NCBI GenBank assembly: GCA_965242925.1
Contig: CBDEUM010000019.1
Location: 1 to 28,491 of the forward strand
Reading direction: 5' to 3'
Source of the DNA: Roseibacillus sp.
GTDB taxonomy: Bacteria; Verrucomicrobiota; Verrucomicrobiia; Verrucomicrobiales; Akkermansiaceae
Length of the DNA stretch: 28,491 nt
Below the pieces are notes generated by a model. That model made no database searches, was not told the origin of the DNA, and was given only the letters and a program-made list of their open reading frames with translations. Position 1 is the first letter of the stretch; every line of letters starts with the position of its first letter. The translations under genes were made by a program, and so were the position numbers. Shown here piece by piece: positions 17,578 to 26,062 of this stretch.

Positions 17578-18636
17578 ATGAAACCCCTCGGATTTTTTCT
17601 CGCCACCGCATCCATCCTCGGCGCTCTCCCCGCCCCGGCACAAATCACCGTCGAACTCGCCGATCTGCAGATGACGTCCGGGGTCCATCGCTCCTTCCTG
17701 ACTCACCAGGGGAACGTGACGGTCGTGAATGGGCTGATCCTGGGGACGGGAGGGCCGTTCCAGTGGGACTTCTCGGCGGGCGTGGGTGACGAAACCTATC
17801 ATTACGAGATCCTCCCGGCTGATCAATCTCCCTTCAGCGGTCCCTTCGCGGGGGCCACCCTTACGGAACTGCGCACGGTTGATTCAGATGGACGAGCCGG
17901 TTGGACGTTCTTCAACCTCACTCCCGACGGCCGGGAACTGCACGGCTTTCACGATCCGTTGGGCAACCCGACCGACCCGGTGACGCAATTCAACAATCCT
18001 GTGGTCGATTATCCCGCCACCATCGACTACCTCGATTCATGGTCCGTCCCAACCTCCTATTCCGCCTCCATCGACATCGGTGATCTTGTCGTTCCGGTTA
18101 ATGTGGATGTCGTCATCACCTCCTTTGTCGATGGCTATGGAAGCCTTACCCTGCCCACCCTGGGGACGGTGGACGTTCTGCGCATTAACGAGCTGAGCCT
18201 CTTCGATTCCGTGGCCGATGTCGTGGGCACTCCAGTGCCGCTGGGCCAGTCGTTTGTACGCAGCTATCTCTGGATTTCAAAGAAATACGGACTCGTCGCG
18301 CAAATCGCTTCGGAAGGAAGCACCCAGGTCCCACCAACGGAGTTCGACGTGGCCGCCCGCTATCTCCGTCTCTCCCGATTCACTCCCGCCCCGACTCCCC
18401 TCCGCCCGATCATCCGTTCGGTAAACCACGATGAGGAGGGAGCCGCCGTTACGATCATCTGTGCAGGCGTGGAGGGGCAGAACTACATCCTCGAAGTTTC
18501 CGACAATCTCAAGGACTGGCAGTCACAGGGGGATCCGGTTATGGCGACCGGAGCAACCGTCACCTTTCTGGACAACCTCATTCTCTTCCCGTCGGCCGAG
18601 CGTTACTATCGAGTCCACCGCCTGCCTTCGGATTAA
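17578..18636 (+). CDS. Secreted beta-rich hypothetical protein with Verrucomicrobia-type C-terminal domain
   Basis: Signal peptide MKPLGFFLATASILGALPAPA, mature start QITVELADL, 'QWDFS', 'VDGYGSLTLPTLGTVDVLRI', Pro/Thr linker, then 'GQNYILEVSDNLKDWQ...VTFLD...RYYRV'. Confidence 0.75.
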   Translation: MKPLGFFLATASILGALPAPAQITVELADLQMTSGVHRSFLTHQGNVTVVNGLILGTGGPFQWDFSAGVGDETYHYEILPADQSPFSGPFAGATLTELRTVDSDGRAGWTFFNLTPDGRELHGFHDPLGNPTDPVTQFNNPVVDYPATIDYLDSWSVPTSYSASIDIGDLVVPVNVDVVITSFVDGYGSLTLPTLGTVDVLRINELSLFDSVADVVGTPVPLGQSFVRSYLWISKKYGLVAQIASEGSTQVPPTEFDVAARYLRLSRFTPAPTPLRPIIRSVNHDEEGAAVTIICAGVEGQNYILEVSDNLKDWQSQGDPVMATGATVTFLDNLILFPSAERYYRVHRLPSD

Positions 18637-18678
18637 AGCCGCCACCTTCTTCCGCGCGATTCACACCGGCACCGGGCG

Positions 18679-19353
18679 CTACCGCTTTTCTGCCAGCCCC
18701 GGCCTGGGCACAACAAAGCAGGCCATGAAGAGCCCCACGATGAACCCTCCCAGGTGGGCACCGTAGGCCACGTTGCTCTGGAAGCGTTCCACCAACTGGT
18801 AGTAATCAATAGAGATCCCGATCACGGTCAGGACGACCAGGTTGACCGGCGGAATGGGGCGGGCGATGGGAAAAACGTGGGGATCCGGCAGGCGCCACCG
18901 CACGGCCATCCCGAGATAGAGCCCCCCGAACCCCATCACGACTCCGGAAGCTCCCAGTAACTGGTGACTCTCGTAGGGATTGAGAAGGATGTGGCCAAGC
19001 GAACCGGAGACCGCGGTCAGGAAATAAACCACCAGCATCCAGCGCGTTCCCAGCAGTTCCACCGCCAGGGCTGCAAAGATCCACAGGAAGAGAAGGTTGA
19101 ACACGAGGTGAGAGGCCCCGCCATGCAGGAAGGTGTTGCTGATCAGGGTCAAAAAGGTGGAGCCGTCATCGATTGTGGCATCTCCACTCCGCACCGCCTG
19201 CCAGCTGGTGGTCACCTCCAGAGGGACGGCCATGAAACGATCATCCGCGCCTTCCGGGCCGAACATCTGGAAGCCCTGAATGAGGCACATCACCAGGATC
19301 AGGAGAAGCAGCATCCACTGCAGGCGGATTACCCCGTTCTCGTACCACTTCAT
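18679..19353 (-). CDS. Rhomboid family intramembrane serine protease
   Basis: FLHGGASHLVFN, catalytic GASG, catalytic AHLGG; about six TM segments. Confidence 0.93.
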   Translation of the reverse strand: MKWYENGVIRLQWMLLLLILVMCLIQGFQMFGPEGADDRFMAVPLEVTTSWQAVRSGDATIDDGSTFLTLISNTFLHGGASHLVFNLLFLWIFAALAVELLGTRWMLVVYFLTAVSGSLGHILLNPYESHQLLGASGVVMGFGGLYLGMAVRWRLPDPHVFPIARPIPPVNLVVLTVIGISIDYYQLVERFQSNVAYGAHLGGFIVGLFMACFVVPRPGLAEKR

Positions 19354-19526
19354 CCGCAGAAGTTGTACCCCATCGCAGACTGTTTGGCGAGCGGTGCGAG
19401 GGGGAGATTGATCCAGGCCGGAGCGATGTCCACATCATCTCCCACCCCTGTGCCGTCTGCGCGTCAAAGGCCGGCATGACACGATTTCAGGGTCCTTTGA
19501 GTGAAACCACCACCGCAGGTCCAGAT

Positions 19527-21395
19527 CTATCTCAGACTGATAACCATGCGCTCCCCTGCGGAAACTGTTCCCAGCCAGTGCAGAAGAAGGGCATCTCCCT
19601 CCACCCAGGCCAGGTTGTAGGCGGAACGTTCCGCCAGCTTCCCATCGACCAGCACATCGGGAATCCCATTCACCCCGGAGCTCAGAAACTTGATGGCAGG
19701 CTGCATCCGATCATTCCCTCCCGCATCCAGCACAACCGTCCACCCTCCCCGCACCACGTAACAACCCTCACTCTCATTATAGCCGTCAGCGTTCAGATCA
19801 CCGATCTCATCCGTGTCCACCTTGCCCGCTCGCATCCGCAACTTCGCCGGCGACTGGTAGTCCTTCCGGTAAGTTTCCGCCGCGTCAAGCGAATCGAGAT
19901 TCCGTGGAAAGATCCGCAGCTGAATGGCAATCCGCCCACTCTCTCCGACCTCCGGAAAGGAGAACATCCATCGAGCGGGGTCCTGCGGTCCCAGGGTAAC
20001 CAGGTAGCGCCCGGTCCGGCTCGGCAACAGGAGAAGATCGTCCGGCAATGAGCGACGATTGGAGGGAATCGAAAGGCCCGAAGCCAGAAGCAGGCACCCT
20101 TCGGACCGGGTGATGGGCGCACCCGGCCAGCCCATGCCTGAATCCGTCACCTGCCACCAGCTGAGATTACCGTTGCATGCAGTGGCCAGGGTGGTCTGCG
20201 GTCCTGGCTCCGCGTCAGGCGACCTTTCATGGGTGATCAACACGAAGATCTGACCGGTCGGATAGATCGTATATTCCTCGAATCGACTCCCCGGATTGAC
20301 AAGGTCGCGACGCCGGAAGCGGAAGCGCGCCGGCAGATTTTCCAGGATTTCAATCGTCCCGGGGCCGCTGCTGCGAAATCCATCCGCAGCGGTAGAATCG
20401 GACACCTGCAGGAGCGACCCTGAACCAACCAGATTGGCAGTACGGAAAGGATCATCCTCCAGGTTGAACCAGTGCGTAACGGTCCGTCCGGCACCGCTTA
20501 CCCGGATCTGTCCCTTCTTCTCCCCGGCGATACGGAGTTCAAAGCATCCCTCCGATTCAATCACCAGACAACCAGCCTCCTCCCGCGACCGCAGCCGCCC
20601 GGTGACTTCCTTCTTCAACTCCCGTCCCTCCACCAGGGCTTCCGCCACCATGAACGACTGCGGGTCGAGTTGCGGGTCGTGCCGGATCTGCTCCAGCAGG
20701 GTCACCGCCCAGTCGCGCTCTCCATCCGCCATGTAAATCTCCGCCAACCGGGCCTTCTGGCAGGCCCGCAGCCCGGCCCGTTCGACGGATTTGAGTTCCG
20801 GGAGGCTTTCGGTGAGCAGTTTGATCGCTGCCTTGCGCCGCCCCGATCCGGCCAATAACGACGCCATCTCAAGGCGTACCCAGGCCCGGCCCGCCACATC
20901 CTGTCGCTTCGTTCCCATGATCACCAATGCCTTCTCCAGTTCGGCAAGGGCCTCCGTCACCCTGCCCTGACGGCTCAGCACCCTTCCCTGTTCTACTACC
21001 ACCGTGGCGCGCCAGCGTTCGCGCTCCGAAATTCCCCCTGCCCCTTCGATCGGAAACGCACGCAGCACATCAATGGCATCTCCATGCTTGCCCAGACCAG
21101 CCGTCGCCCGCGCGAATCCCAGGAGCGCATGAGGCCGAAGCGGCTCCCGGACCCGGGCGCTCAGTTCACGGTAGATTTCCCGGGCCTCCTTCCACTGCCC
21201 CTTTTCCAGATGCCCGGCTGCCTCAATGTGTCGGGAAAAATCTTCCGAGGCCACCGTAGCCGCCGAGCAAAAGGCATAAACCCACAACCCGAGAATCCCT
21301 GGAAAAATACGCAGGCTCCTCAGGATGCCCCCTCGGGATTGAGTTCCCTCTGCCAGCCGGGGCAAGAAACTCCCTCTCTCCTCCTCTTCTCGCAT
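19527..21395 (-). CDS. TPR-containing hypothetical protein with beta-rich C-terminal region
   Basis: Long ORF with hydrophobic N-terminal segment and TPR-like helices ('HLEKGQWKEAREIYREL', 'LSRQGRVTEALAELEKAL', 'LAGSGRRKAAIKLL'); GDLNADG near the C-terminus; 15 nt downstream of the preceding minus-strand gene. Confidence 0.65.
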   Translation of the reverse strand: MREEEERGSFLPRLAEGTQSRGGILRSLRIFPGILGLWVYAFCSAATVASEDFSRHIEAAGHLEKGQWKEAREIYRELSARVREPLRPHALLGFARATAGLGKHGDAIDVLRAFPIEGAGGISERERWRATVVVEQGRVLSRQGRVTEALAELEKALVIMGTKRQDVAGRAWVRLEMASLLAGSGRRKAAIKLLTESLPELKSVERAGLRACQKARLAEIYMADGERDWAVTLLEQIRHDPQLDPQSFMVAEALVEGRELKKEVTGRLRSREEAGCLVIESEGCFELRIAGEKKGQIRVSGAGRTVTHWFNLEDDPFRTANLVGSGSLLQVSDSTAADGFRSSGPGTIEILENLPARFRFRRRDLVNPGSRFEEYTIYPTGQIFVLITHERSPDAEPGPQTTLATACNGNLSWWQVTDSGMGWPGAPITRSEGCLLLASGLSIPSNRRSLPDDLLLLPSRTGRYLVTLGPQDPARWMFSFPEVGESGRIAIQLRIFPRNLDSLDAAETYRKDYQSPAKLRMRAGKVDTDEIGDLNADGYNESEGCYVVRGGWTVVLDAGGNDRMQPAIKFLSSGVNGIPDVLVDGKLAERSAYNLAWVEGDALLLHWLGTVSAGERMVISLR

Positions 21396-21410
21396 GGGTT
21401 TCGAGAAGCG

Positions 21411-22433
21411 TCAGTCGGGCTCCCCTTCCTTCTCCACCGCAAAGAGCAAGGCCAGGGTAGCCCAGCTCCCCGCCGCCATCGAAATGAACTGATCCTTCTT
21501 GTGCGGATAACCACTCTCGTAATACGTCTGAAACGGTTCACTCCGGCTCTTCACATACCAGGAACCATCATCGTGCTGGGCATTCAGGAGGAACTTCAGA
21601 CCTCTCCGGTAAACTTCGTGTTCCGGAGCGAGGGCCGCTCCGCGATGCAGAGCGAAAAGCGCTGAGCCGGTAGCATAGGGATCGCTCTTCTGATCCTCGC
21701 CGGGCAACTGGGCCCATCCCCCGTCCTTGCGTTGCGTCTCGCGCAACTCCACCGCCGCCCTGGCGGTCTCTGCCTCAGCACCCAACTGCTTGAGAGCCAG
21801 GAGGCGGAAGACACGGTCCTCCGTTTCCTTTGCTTTCGTTCGGACCAGCCATGCGAGGACTTTTTTTCGTCGCTCCGCGATGCGCTCTTTCTGTTTCCCG
21901 GTCCCAAACCCATCCAGACCCTCGAGAGCGAGATAGCTCGCGGTGAAGGAACTGACTTCCGTGGGCGGCCTGTTGCCAGTGCTGCGCCAGTGGTCCGCCT
22001 TCTCGTCGTGCACGAGGTAGCCGCTCACCACCCCGGTGATTTCATCCGGCTTCCACCCGGCCTCACTGAGCATCCAGAGCGCATAGCCAGCGCGGGTGTG
22101 TCCTCCGCCCTGCCCCTTGCCTTCCTGATAGCGCTTCTTGCCGCGATTTAAATCCGCCACTGTATGCTCGAGCTGGGAACGCAGGTTTTTCTCGTCAATG
22201 GCGAATCCCCGTCGCTGCGCCTCCACCAGAGCCACGACCGGCATGGCGTGCCCGTGACAGGTGAAACACCCTCGGTGCTCGCTTGTTCCTGCCGCAGTCT
22301 TTTCGAGAAGCGGGATCGACTTTTCGATCGCAGATCTCACCGCCCCGGACGAGATTTCAGTTTCATCAGCGACCAGGGAGTCCCCCAGCAAAAGGCAGTT
22401 CAGCAATACCGTAACCCTTCCAACCGTTCTCAT
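21411..22433 (-). CDS. Secreted prenyltransferase/squalene-oxidase-repeat (alpha/alpha barrel) protein with CxxCH motif
   Basis: QW-like motifs QRKDGGW and LLNAQHDDGSW, 'SDPYATGSALFAL', N-terminal GCFTCH. Start at 22433 or 22469. Confidence 0.82.
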   Translation of the reverse strand: MRTVGRVTVLLNCLLLGDSLVADETEISSGAVRSAIEKSIPLLEKTAAGTSEHRGCFTCHGHAMPVVALVEAQRRGFAIDEKNLRSQLEHTVADLNRGKKRYQEGKGQGGGHTRAGYALWMLSEAGWKPDEITGVVSGYLVHDEKADHWRSTGNRPPTEVSSFTASYLALEGLDGFGTGKQKERIAERRKKVLAWLVRTKAKETEDRVFRLLALKQLGAEAETARAAVELRETQRKDGGWAQLPGEDQKSDPYATGSALFALHRGAALAPEHEVYRRGLKFLLNAQHDDGSWYVKSRSEPFQTYYESGYPHKKDQFISMAAGSWATLALLFAVEKEGEPD

Positions 22434-22466
22434 TCTTCTTCTGTTTTGTCGGACGTATAGTGCTCG

Positions 22467-22650
22467 CATTGGCTTGTTCTAGCGATCCCGGATCCAAACG
22501 CCGATATTAACTCCATCCAGGTCGACGAAAAGAGAGAGGGCCACAAGAACATTACGCTCCTCTATCACCCCGTGCCCTGTCCTAAAACCAAAACCTTCCG
22601 TCTCGCCCTCGCACGAATCCAGCACATGGGGAAAGCCTCTAAAAACAACT
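22467..22650 (+). mobile_element. Possible highly degenerate ISL3-family transposase relic
   Basis: Frame-3 translation DINSIQVDEKREGHKNITLLYH recalls the ISL3 first-catalytic-Asp block (I.aIGVDE....GHkYlTlvY); no start, ends or inverted repeats seen. Confidence 0.3.
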
Positions 22651-22749
22651 ACCCCGAAATACCGATCCCCTGCAGGAGAATCATCCCTGGGGATAACGAG
22701 CTGCCGGGCTTGTCCGGCGCGCCCTGCCCTGCTCTGCTTCCCCCCTCCC

Positions 22750-24213
22750 ATGAAACGCATCCTCACACATCTTCTCGGCCTCGGACTCTGCGCACTGGCC
22801 ACTTCGGCCATGGGCCAGAAGCCCAACATCATCTTCATGTTCTCGGACGACCACGCCTGCAATGCCATCTCGGCTTACCCAGGTGGTCTCTTCGACAAGA
22901 TCGCCCCCACCCCTCACATCGATCGCATCGCCAGGGAGGGCATGCTCTTCGAGAATTCCTTCTGCGCCAATTCCATCTGCGGTCCCTCCCGGGCGAACAT
23001 CCTGACCGGCAAGCACAGCCATCTGAACGGCTTCCTCGACAACAACTCCTCCTACTTCGACGGACGACAGCAGACCTTCCCGCAGCTTCTTCGCAACACC
23101 GGATACCAGGTCGCCATGATCGGCAAATGGCACCTCCACTCCCACCCGGTGGGATTCGACTTCTGGCGCATTCTTCCCGGCCAGGGCGCATACTACAACC
23201 CGGACTTCATCGAGATGGACGGAAGCCGCAAACGCTATGAGGGGCACTGCAACGACCTCGTCATGGACTTTGGCCTGAAGTGGATGAAGGAGGACCGGGA
23301 CAAGGACAAACCCTTCATGGCCATGATTCAGTTCAAGGCACCCCACCGCAACTGGTCCGCGGCCGAACGCCATCTCAACCTCTTCAAGGGAGTGACCATG
23401 CCCGAACCCGAGACCCTCTTCGATGACTACGCCAACCGGAGCAAGGTCCTCGCCGAGCACGCCATGGGCATCGACAAGCACATGTACTGGGGGCATGACA
23501 TGAAGTTTCATGGGGAAAACCTCTTCCCGAAGCACTTCTCCAGCGGCATTGCCAACGCCCAGTACAAGCGCATGACGGAAGTCCAGAAGAAGGCCTGGGA
23601 TGCTGTCTACCAACCCGAAAATGAGGAGTTCATCGCCGCCATGAAGGCGGGCAGGCTCAGCAAGAAGGACATCGTCCGCTGGAAGTACCAGCGCTACATC
23701 AAGGACTACCTCAAGAGTATTGCCAGCGTGGACGACGGGGTCGGACGCATCCTGAAATATCTCGACGAGAGCGGTCTGGCCAGAAACACCATCGTGATCT
23801 ACTCGAGTGACCAGGGATTCTACCTTGGTGAACACGGTTGGTACGACAAGCGATGGATGTTCGAGGAAAGCCTGAAGATGCCCTTCGTCATCCGCTGGCC
23901 AAAGGTGATCAAACCCGGTTCTGCAACCAGGGCACTCATTCAGAACATCGACTATGGCCCCACCTTTCTCGATATCTGCGGCGCTCCGATCCCCGCCGAC
24001 ATGCAGGGCCGGAGTCTTGTCCCCCTCCTGAAGAACAGCGGACAGGAAACCCGGCGAACTGGCGTGAGGCAGTCTACTACGCCTATTACGGGGAGAGAAC
24101 GCACCAGGTTGCCAGACACGACGGGGTGCGCACCGAGCGTTACACTCTGTTTTACGTGCCCAAGTACAACGAGTGGCAGCTTTTCGACAACGAGAAGGAC
24201 CCACAGCAGATGA
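22750..24213 (+). CDS. Secreted sulfatase (N-acetylglucosamine-6-sulfatase/mucin-desulfating-like), N-terminal part of a frameshifted fusion
   Basis: KPNIIFMFSDDH, CGPSRANILTG, GKWHL, KAPHRNW and SSDQGFYLGEHGWYDKRWMFEES. Sulfatase-like sequence ends at about 24050 (DMQGRSLVPLLK); the last ~53 codons are out of frame. Confidence 0.9.
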   Translation: MKRILTHLLGLGLCALATSAMGQKPNIIFMFSDDHACNAISAYPGGLFDKIAPTPHIDRIAREGMLFENSFCANSICGPSRANILTGKHSHLNGFLDNNSSYFDGRQQTFPQLLRNTGYQVAMIGKWHLHSHPVGFDFWRILPGQGAYYNPDFIEMDGSRKRYEGHCNDLVMDFGLKWMKEDRDKDKPFMAMIQFKAPHRNWSAAERHLNLFKGVTMPEPETLFDDYANRSKVLAEHAMGIDKHMYWGHDMKFHGENLFPKHFSSGIANAQYKRMTEVQKKAWDAVYQPENEEFIAAMKAGRLSKKDIVRWKYQRYIKDYLKSIASVDDGVGRILKYLDESGLARNTIVIYSSDQGFYLGEHGWYDKRWMFEESLKMPFVIRWPKVIKPGSATRALIQNIDYGPTFLDICGAPIPADMQGRSLVPLLKNSGQETRRTGVRQSTTPITGRERTRLPDTTGCAPSVTLCFTCPSTTSGSFSTTRRTHSR

Positions 24214-24947
24214 AGAGCGTACACGACGATCCTGCATACGCCGCAATTCTGAGTCGCCTCCAGAAACAGTATCGCCAGATCAAGCAGAACTACCGGGCAC
24301 ACGTCGCTCTCCTTCCCGATCACCGGATGAACGAGGACTGGTGGAAAACCCGTCACCTGGACATGAACAGGAAGGCCAGTTCCGGCCCTCACGACCTCCT
24401 TTTCATCGGTGATTCCATCACCCAGGGATGGGAAGGTGCCGGCAAGGCAACCTGGGAGAATTACTACGGCAAGCGCAAGGCTCTGAATCTGGGCATCTCG
24501 GGTGATCGCACCGAACACGTCATCTGGCGTCTCGACAACGGCAACCTGCGCAGGCAGCAAAAAGCCAAGGCGGCCGTGGTCATGATCGGAACCAACAACA
24601 CCGGACACAGCGAGCAGGATCCCGGCGAGACTGCCGACGGCGTAGCACGCATCCTTTCCATTCTGCGGGCCCGCTGCCCAAGCGCCAGGGTTCTTCTCCT
24701 CGGCGTCTTCCCGCGCGATGCAATGCCGGATGGCAGAAAGCGCAGGATCAACGATGCCCTTAACGAACGCCTCGCCACATTCCACGACGGCAAGCGCGTG
24801 CACTACCTCAACATCAACGACCAGTTTCTCGACGGAGACGGCCGCCTCCCGAAGGAAATCATGCCGGATTACCTCCATCCGAGACAGAAGGGCTACGCGA
24901 TCTGGGCGGAAGCCATCGAGGCCAAGCTGGTGGAACTCGGACTCTAG
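24051..24947 (+). CDS. Sulfatase C-terminal domain plus SGNH/GDSL esterase (PAF-acetylhydrolase Ib-like), second frame of the fusion
   Basis: PANWREAVYYAYY...HDGVRTERY...WQLFDNEKDPQQM is a sulfatase C-terminus. It is followed by SGNH blocks FIGDSIT, NLGISGDRT, MIGTNN and DYLHP. In-frame ATG at 24210. Confidence 0.88.
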   Translation, partial: PANWREAVYYAYYGERTHQVARHDGVRTERYTLFYVPKYNEWQLFDNEKDPQQMKSVHDDPAYAAILSRLQKQYRQIKQNYRAHVALLPDHRMNEDWWKTRHLDMNRKASSGPHDLLFIGDSITQGWEGAGKATWENYYGKRKALNLGISGDRTEHVIWRLDNGNLRRQQKAKAAVVMIGTNNTGHSEQDPGETADGVARILSILRARCPSARVLLLGVFPRDAMPDGRKRRINDALNERLATFHDGKRVHYLNINDQFLDGDGRLPKEIMPDYLHPRQKGYAIWAEAIEAKLVELGL

Positions 24948-25334
24948 CCTGATCCTGAAGATGGTGCCGGGGAGTGCTCCCCTGGTTAGCGCACGAAGCC
25001 CTGCAGTCTCCCGGGAACGAACTCCCGGATGATCCCCATCAGGTGGAAGCGGGCTTGTTGCCAGTTTCTGCACGGGCATACGAGGTGGCTTTTGATGCGC
25101 GCTACCATGATCCTGTGATTCTCTGCTCTACACTCCCAACCGGAACCGCCACTCCGTCATTCCCAAATCTCTTTGCTTTTTGTCCTGTGCGAACCGGACA
25201 CCACAACAAATATCCCGCCCTCCCGGACAGACGGACTCCTCCCCCTCCAGCAGGCCTTCCATCCTATCGTTACCAAAGGGAGAACCACTCCCTCCAAGCT
25301 GGACTTCACACACCTCCAAGTGTAACAGACGGCC

Positions 25335-25991
25335 ATGATCAAAAGAATCTCCCTCGTCCTCTTGTCGATCGCCACCCTCGGCAGCCTTCCCGGGATCACT
25401 TCCGCCGCAAGCCCTCCAGCTGCGGAGGGGCACGACGCCTTCCTCAAAGGTCTGCGCGAGCTTGAGGAGAAGGAAGTGAAGAGCACCAGCAAAGCGCGAA
25501 CCCTTAGCCCGGTGGTTTCGAGGTTCAAGGGATGGTTCATCGATGTTACTGGAATGGCCAAGCCCGGAAAACTGGGCGATGTCGAAGTGGTAGAGGGCAT
25601 CTCCCTCGCCAACGAAGCGCGTGACACCTCGGCCTGGCAATTCGTTGAAACTGACAAGGGCTACCTCGTCCGTGCGGCTGGAGGCAAATACAAGGGCTGG
25701 GTCATCGCTCGTGATGACAGTGCAAAGACCCGCCCCGAGGGCCCTAACCTCACGGTCACCCCCGCTCTCCGCCTCGCTAGGAATCCAACTGACCACTGCC
25801 ACTGGAAGCTCACCCTCACCAAACAAGGCCTCGTGCTGGAAGCCACTTCAGGCAAGTACAAGGGATGGTTCTGGGACTTTGGTGGGGGCGATCCCTCCCA
25901 CAAGGAATCCGGACGCGAGGTTGCCGTTAACGTCCTCTTGGCCGAGAAGGTGGTAGCCGGATCCTACTTTGCCGTAAAAACTACCAGATAA
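25335..25991 (+). CDS. Secreted hypothetical protein with three-fold internal repeat (beta-trefoil-like)
   Basis: Signal peptide; SRFKGWF / GKYKGWV / GKYKGWF spaced 55 and 56 aa apart. Confidence 0.75.
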   Translation: MIKRISLVLLSIATLGSLPGITSAASPPAAEGHDAFLKGLRELEEKEVKSTSKARTLSPVVSRFKGWFIDVTGMAKPGKLGDVEVVEGISLANEARDTSAWQFVETDKGYLVRAAGGKYKGWVIARDDSAKTRPEGPNLTVTPALRLARNPTDHCHWKLTLTKQGLVLEATSGKYKGWFWDFGGGDPSHKESGREVAVNVLLAEKVVAGSYFAVKTTR

Positions 25992-26062
25992 GGGCCTCCT
26001 ATCACTCCTCGTATTCCGATTCCCTTGCTCTGCGGAGCGAGTCGGGACATGGTGGACCCGTC

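Noticed and set aside
18679..19353. Rhombosortase acting on the neighbouring secreted protein
   Set aside because: The neighbour has no GlyGly-CTERM or C-terminal TM helix, and the genes are convergent.
21411..22433. Squalene-hopene cyclase
   Set aside because: No DxDD motif, about half the expected length, and apparently exported.
24040..24060. Programmed -1 ribosomal frameshift
   Set aside because: No in-frame X XXY YYZ slippery heptamer and the homopolymer runs are only 3 nt; the pre-shift product would be an incomplete sulfatase.
520..24246. Many long antisense or alternate-frame ORFs (e.g. 1327-2253 minus, 3884-4888 plus, 5860-6993 plus, 7484-8578 minus, 15823-16935 plus, 22681-24246 minus)
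   Set aside because: Shadow ORFs of GC-rich coding sequence, with no recognisable motifs and fully overlapping well-supported genes.
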